From: Ruditapes philippinarum
Lineage: Eukaryota
Assembly: GCF_026571515.1 (NCBI RefSeq)
Contig: NW_026851668.1
Location: 62,001-126,000 of the forward strand
Length of the DNA: 64,000 bases
Reading direction: 5' to 3'
Below are positions 61,802 to 64,000 of the stretch, piece after piece. The notes under the pieces were generated by a model. The model did no database searches, was not told the origin of the DNA, and saw only the letters and a program-made list of their open reading frames with translations. A program made the translations under genes and the position numbers. Every line of letters begins with the position of its first letter. Within the stretch, counting starts at the first letter, position 1.

Positions 61802-63754
61802 TGTGAAATTGTTTGGTAAGTTGTTTCTTCTCTGTAAGCCTTTAAATACAAACACATACTCTCAACTTAAGAGTCTTACTTAAATTATTGTTTTAATTTT
61901 GTTTCAGAATATCCAATTGTGCAGAATGTTGAAATCAAAACATTCAGTAAAAGTTAACATATTGATCCTATAGTAAAATAAGAAGTGACAGATAAAACAG
62001 ACGACAGAATAACATGTTGAAATACTTAAATAAAATTTAATGTTAAACTGGTTACACATAATACGTACATGTACTACGGGATAGATAACAATTTATATAT
62101 CAAACTGTCATCGTTTTTGCCCTAACGTATCTCATAAATATTGATAAATTTAATATACAGGTAAAGTGAAATCGTATGACAGATAACACGTATTTAATTT
62201 CTAAATAATCATTTTATGTATGTACTTACATGATTATATATAATTCAGTAAGGGGGTATGTAGTAGATCATCAATCCGAAGTTTATTCTCTATCACCGCC
62301 TGCTTTTCTCACGAAACTTGTAAAGTGGACTGCCTTCTCAACAAAGAAATGACCACGTCTAAAAAAACACCACAAATAACAACAACCTCACAAACGTCTG
62401 AAATCATATACATGTACCTGAAATAAATACATTTCATACTAAATATTAAAAAACACATGAACCTCATTGTAAAAATCAATTTTACTTGTCTAACATTTAG
62501 TATTCTACTTGAAAATTTGAACACAATTGTCAAGAATAGCCAACTTTTCCAATCCTGATGAACATCATACGCTGTTGTGTATTCTTCTCAAACAGCAATC
62601 TGAAAATACGTCTTAAGTAAGTGTCGTGATTATAATCATTCTTTTGAATACCGTTTAGATGGAACAGCTGAATTCCGAGCTGACACACCTGAAACACTCA
62701 CACCTGGCACGTGCATTTTTACAACACATCAGTTGATATCATATATTAGATACTGAAACTTGAAAATAAAACAGTTCTAAATATTAAGAAGCGCAAATAT
62801 CCTCTTCAATTTTTTTTCTTATTTGTAAACTTGAACCTGGCAAGTTAGAAACTTACCGACTGAAAATATTTATACAAATTGCATTGTTTCGACATGACAC
62901 CGCTTGTTTGAAATGTACTTTAACCATTACACGTGTGATTTAAAGTCGGTAAGCTGCGAATGAAATTGGTAATTACTGGTTAGTTATGAAGGAAAACCGG
63001 TTTGATGGATTGTTTTCAGAGATATCACGAAATCGGCTAAAACCAGACAGTCAAAGAATCAAAACACCGTAAATATTAAAGGCATCATGTAAGGATATTC
63101 CAACCGGAGATATTACATCGGCATGTAAACATATCCAATATACATATCATATTACCTTCTTGTCTTATTTGGTGTAAATTCATTGACATAAAAATAAAAA
63201 TTATATTTTTTGCTGATAATTCCTAATACAACAATAAAAATGGTTCAATTATCCACTTCTTTTTCAAAATAATCTCTTATTTGATTATATAATCGTATGA
63301 CAAGTCGTATAATTAATTTGAGTCTGATTTTCGGACACCTTTGTAAATCATCATGTACATCTTATTTTCTCCAGGTGATAAAGATGACACACTCTGTGTG
63401 ACAAGTCACGTGGTAAACTACTCTCTTCTATCGTGATTGTTGGCTAGGTGTTCCGAAACGACACAGTTTTTTCTAGATTTGAAAAGCATAAACCGGATAC
63501 CTAGTGTTTCCACAAAAACAAATGTGTAACAGTTATTTGTCTTTGGCACCATCAACAATTAAAATAAAATAAACAAAATCTTGACAACTACGGTATTATA
63601 CAAATGCATCCAATTTCATATACATGTATTTCAACAGACTATTGTTGTATGTAGGAATGTATTTTGCTTGAAGAAACAATAAGTGTTTTATGAAATATTC
63701 TGAACATCGAACCCTTACATATCAATATCATCTAAAGCAAACCCAAGAACAAAC

Positions 63755-64000
63755 AAATGGACAGACACAAGGAACATACACAAGGAACATAGAACATACA
63801 CAATGGACATACACAAGGAACATACACAAGGAACATACACAAGGAACATACACAAGGAACATAGAACATAAACAAGGGACATAGAACATGCACAAGGAAC
63901 ATAGAACATACAGAAGGGACATACACAAGGAACATACACAAGGGACATACACAAGGAACATAGAACATGCACAAGGAACATAGAACATACACAAGGGACA
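63755..64000. repeat. Minisatellite of 14/21-bp units (acacaaggaacat / agaacat), runs off the window end
   Basis: Seen directly. Confidence 0.95.

Noticed and set aside
62160-62780. IRF/ISRE-like GAAA motifs upstream of the STAND gene
   Set aside because: Imperfect spacing and expected by chance in AT-rich DNA
63690-63994. Overlapping repetitive ORFs on both strands
   Set aside because: Minisatellite translations

Overview
AT-rich, intron-rich animal genomic DNA. The SINE, MITE and Helentron-type (HINE) repeat complement suggests a bivalve mollusc such as a venerid clam (inference). Two convergent protein-coding genes were reconstructed by hand. (1) On the + strand, a receptor (membrane) guanylyl cyclase of the natriuretic-peptide-receptor type: 24 phase-consistent GT-AG exons from 13431 to the stop at 39254, about 995 aa, with the signal-peptide exon(s) not located. 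(2) On the - strand, a four-coding-exon gene (61801 to 52191, about 1656 aa once a single 1-nt frameshift is corrected) encoding an NLR-like STAND protein. Its domain order is a Swt1/DUF4559-like HEPN domain with an intact RxxxxH motif (RNPWAH), a coiled coil, an NB-ARC-type NTPase, TPRs, a right-handed beta-helix and a MYND finger. This is the best candidate for an undescribed system: a putative ligand-gated RNase immune receptor, with most of its coding sequence bracketed by two same-orientation HINE elements. Other notable structures are an array of five stop-containing copies of a splice acceptor plus exon start in the cyclase gene, a cyclase C-terminal tail matching an intronic minisatellite, and a 1.3-1.4 kb-arm inverted duplication at the window start. 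No CRISPR array, rRNA or true tRNA gene was seen. One N-gap lies at 32016-32148.
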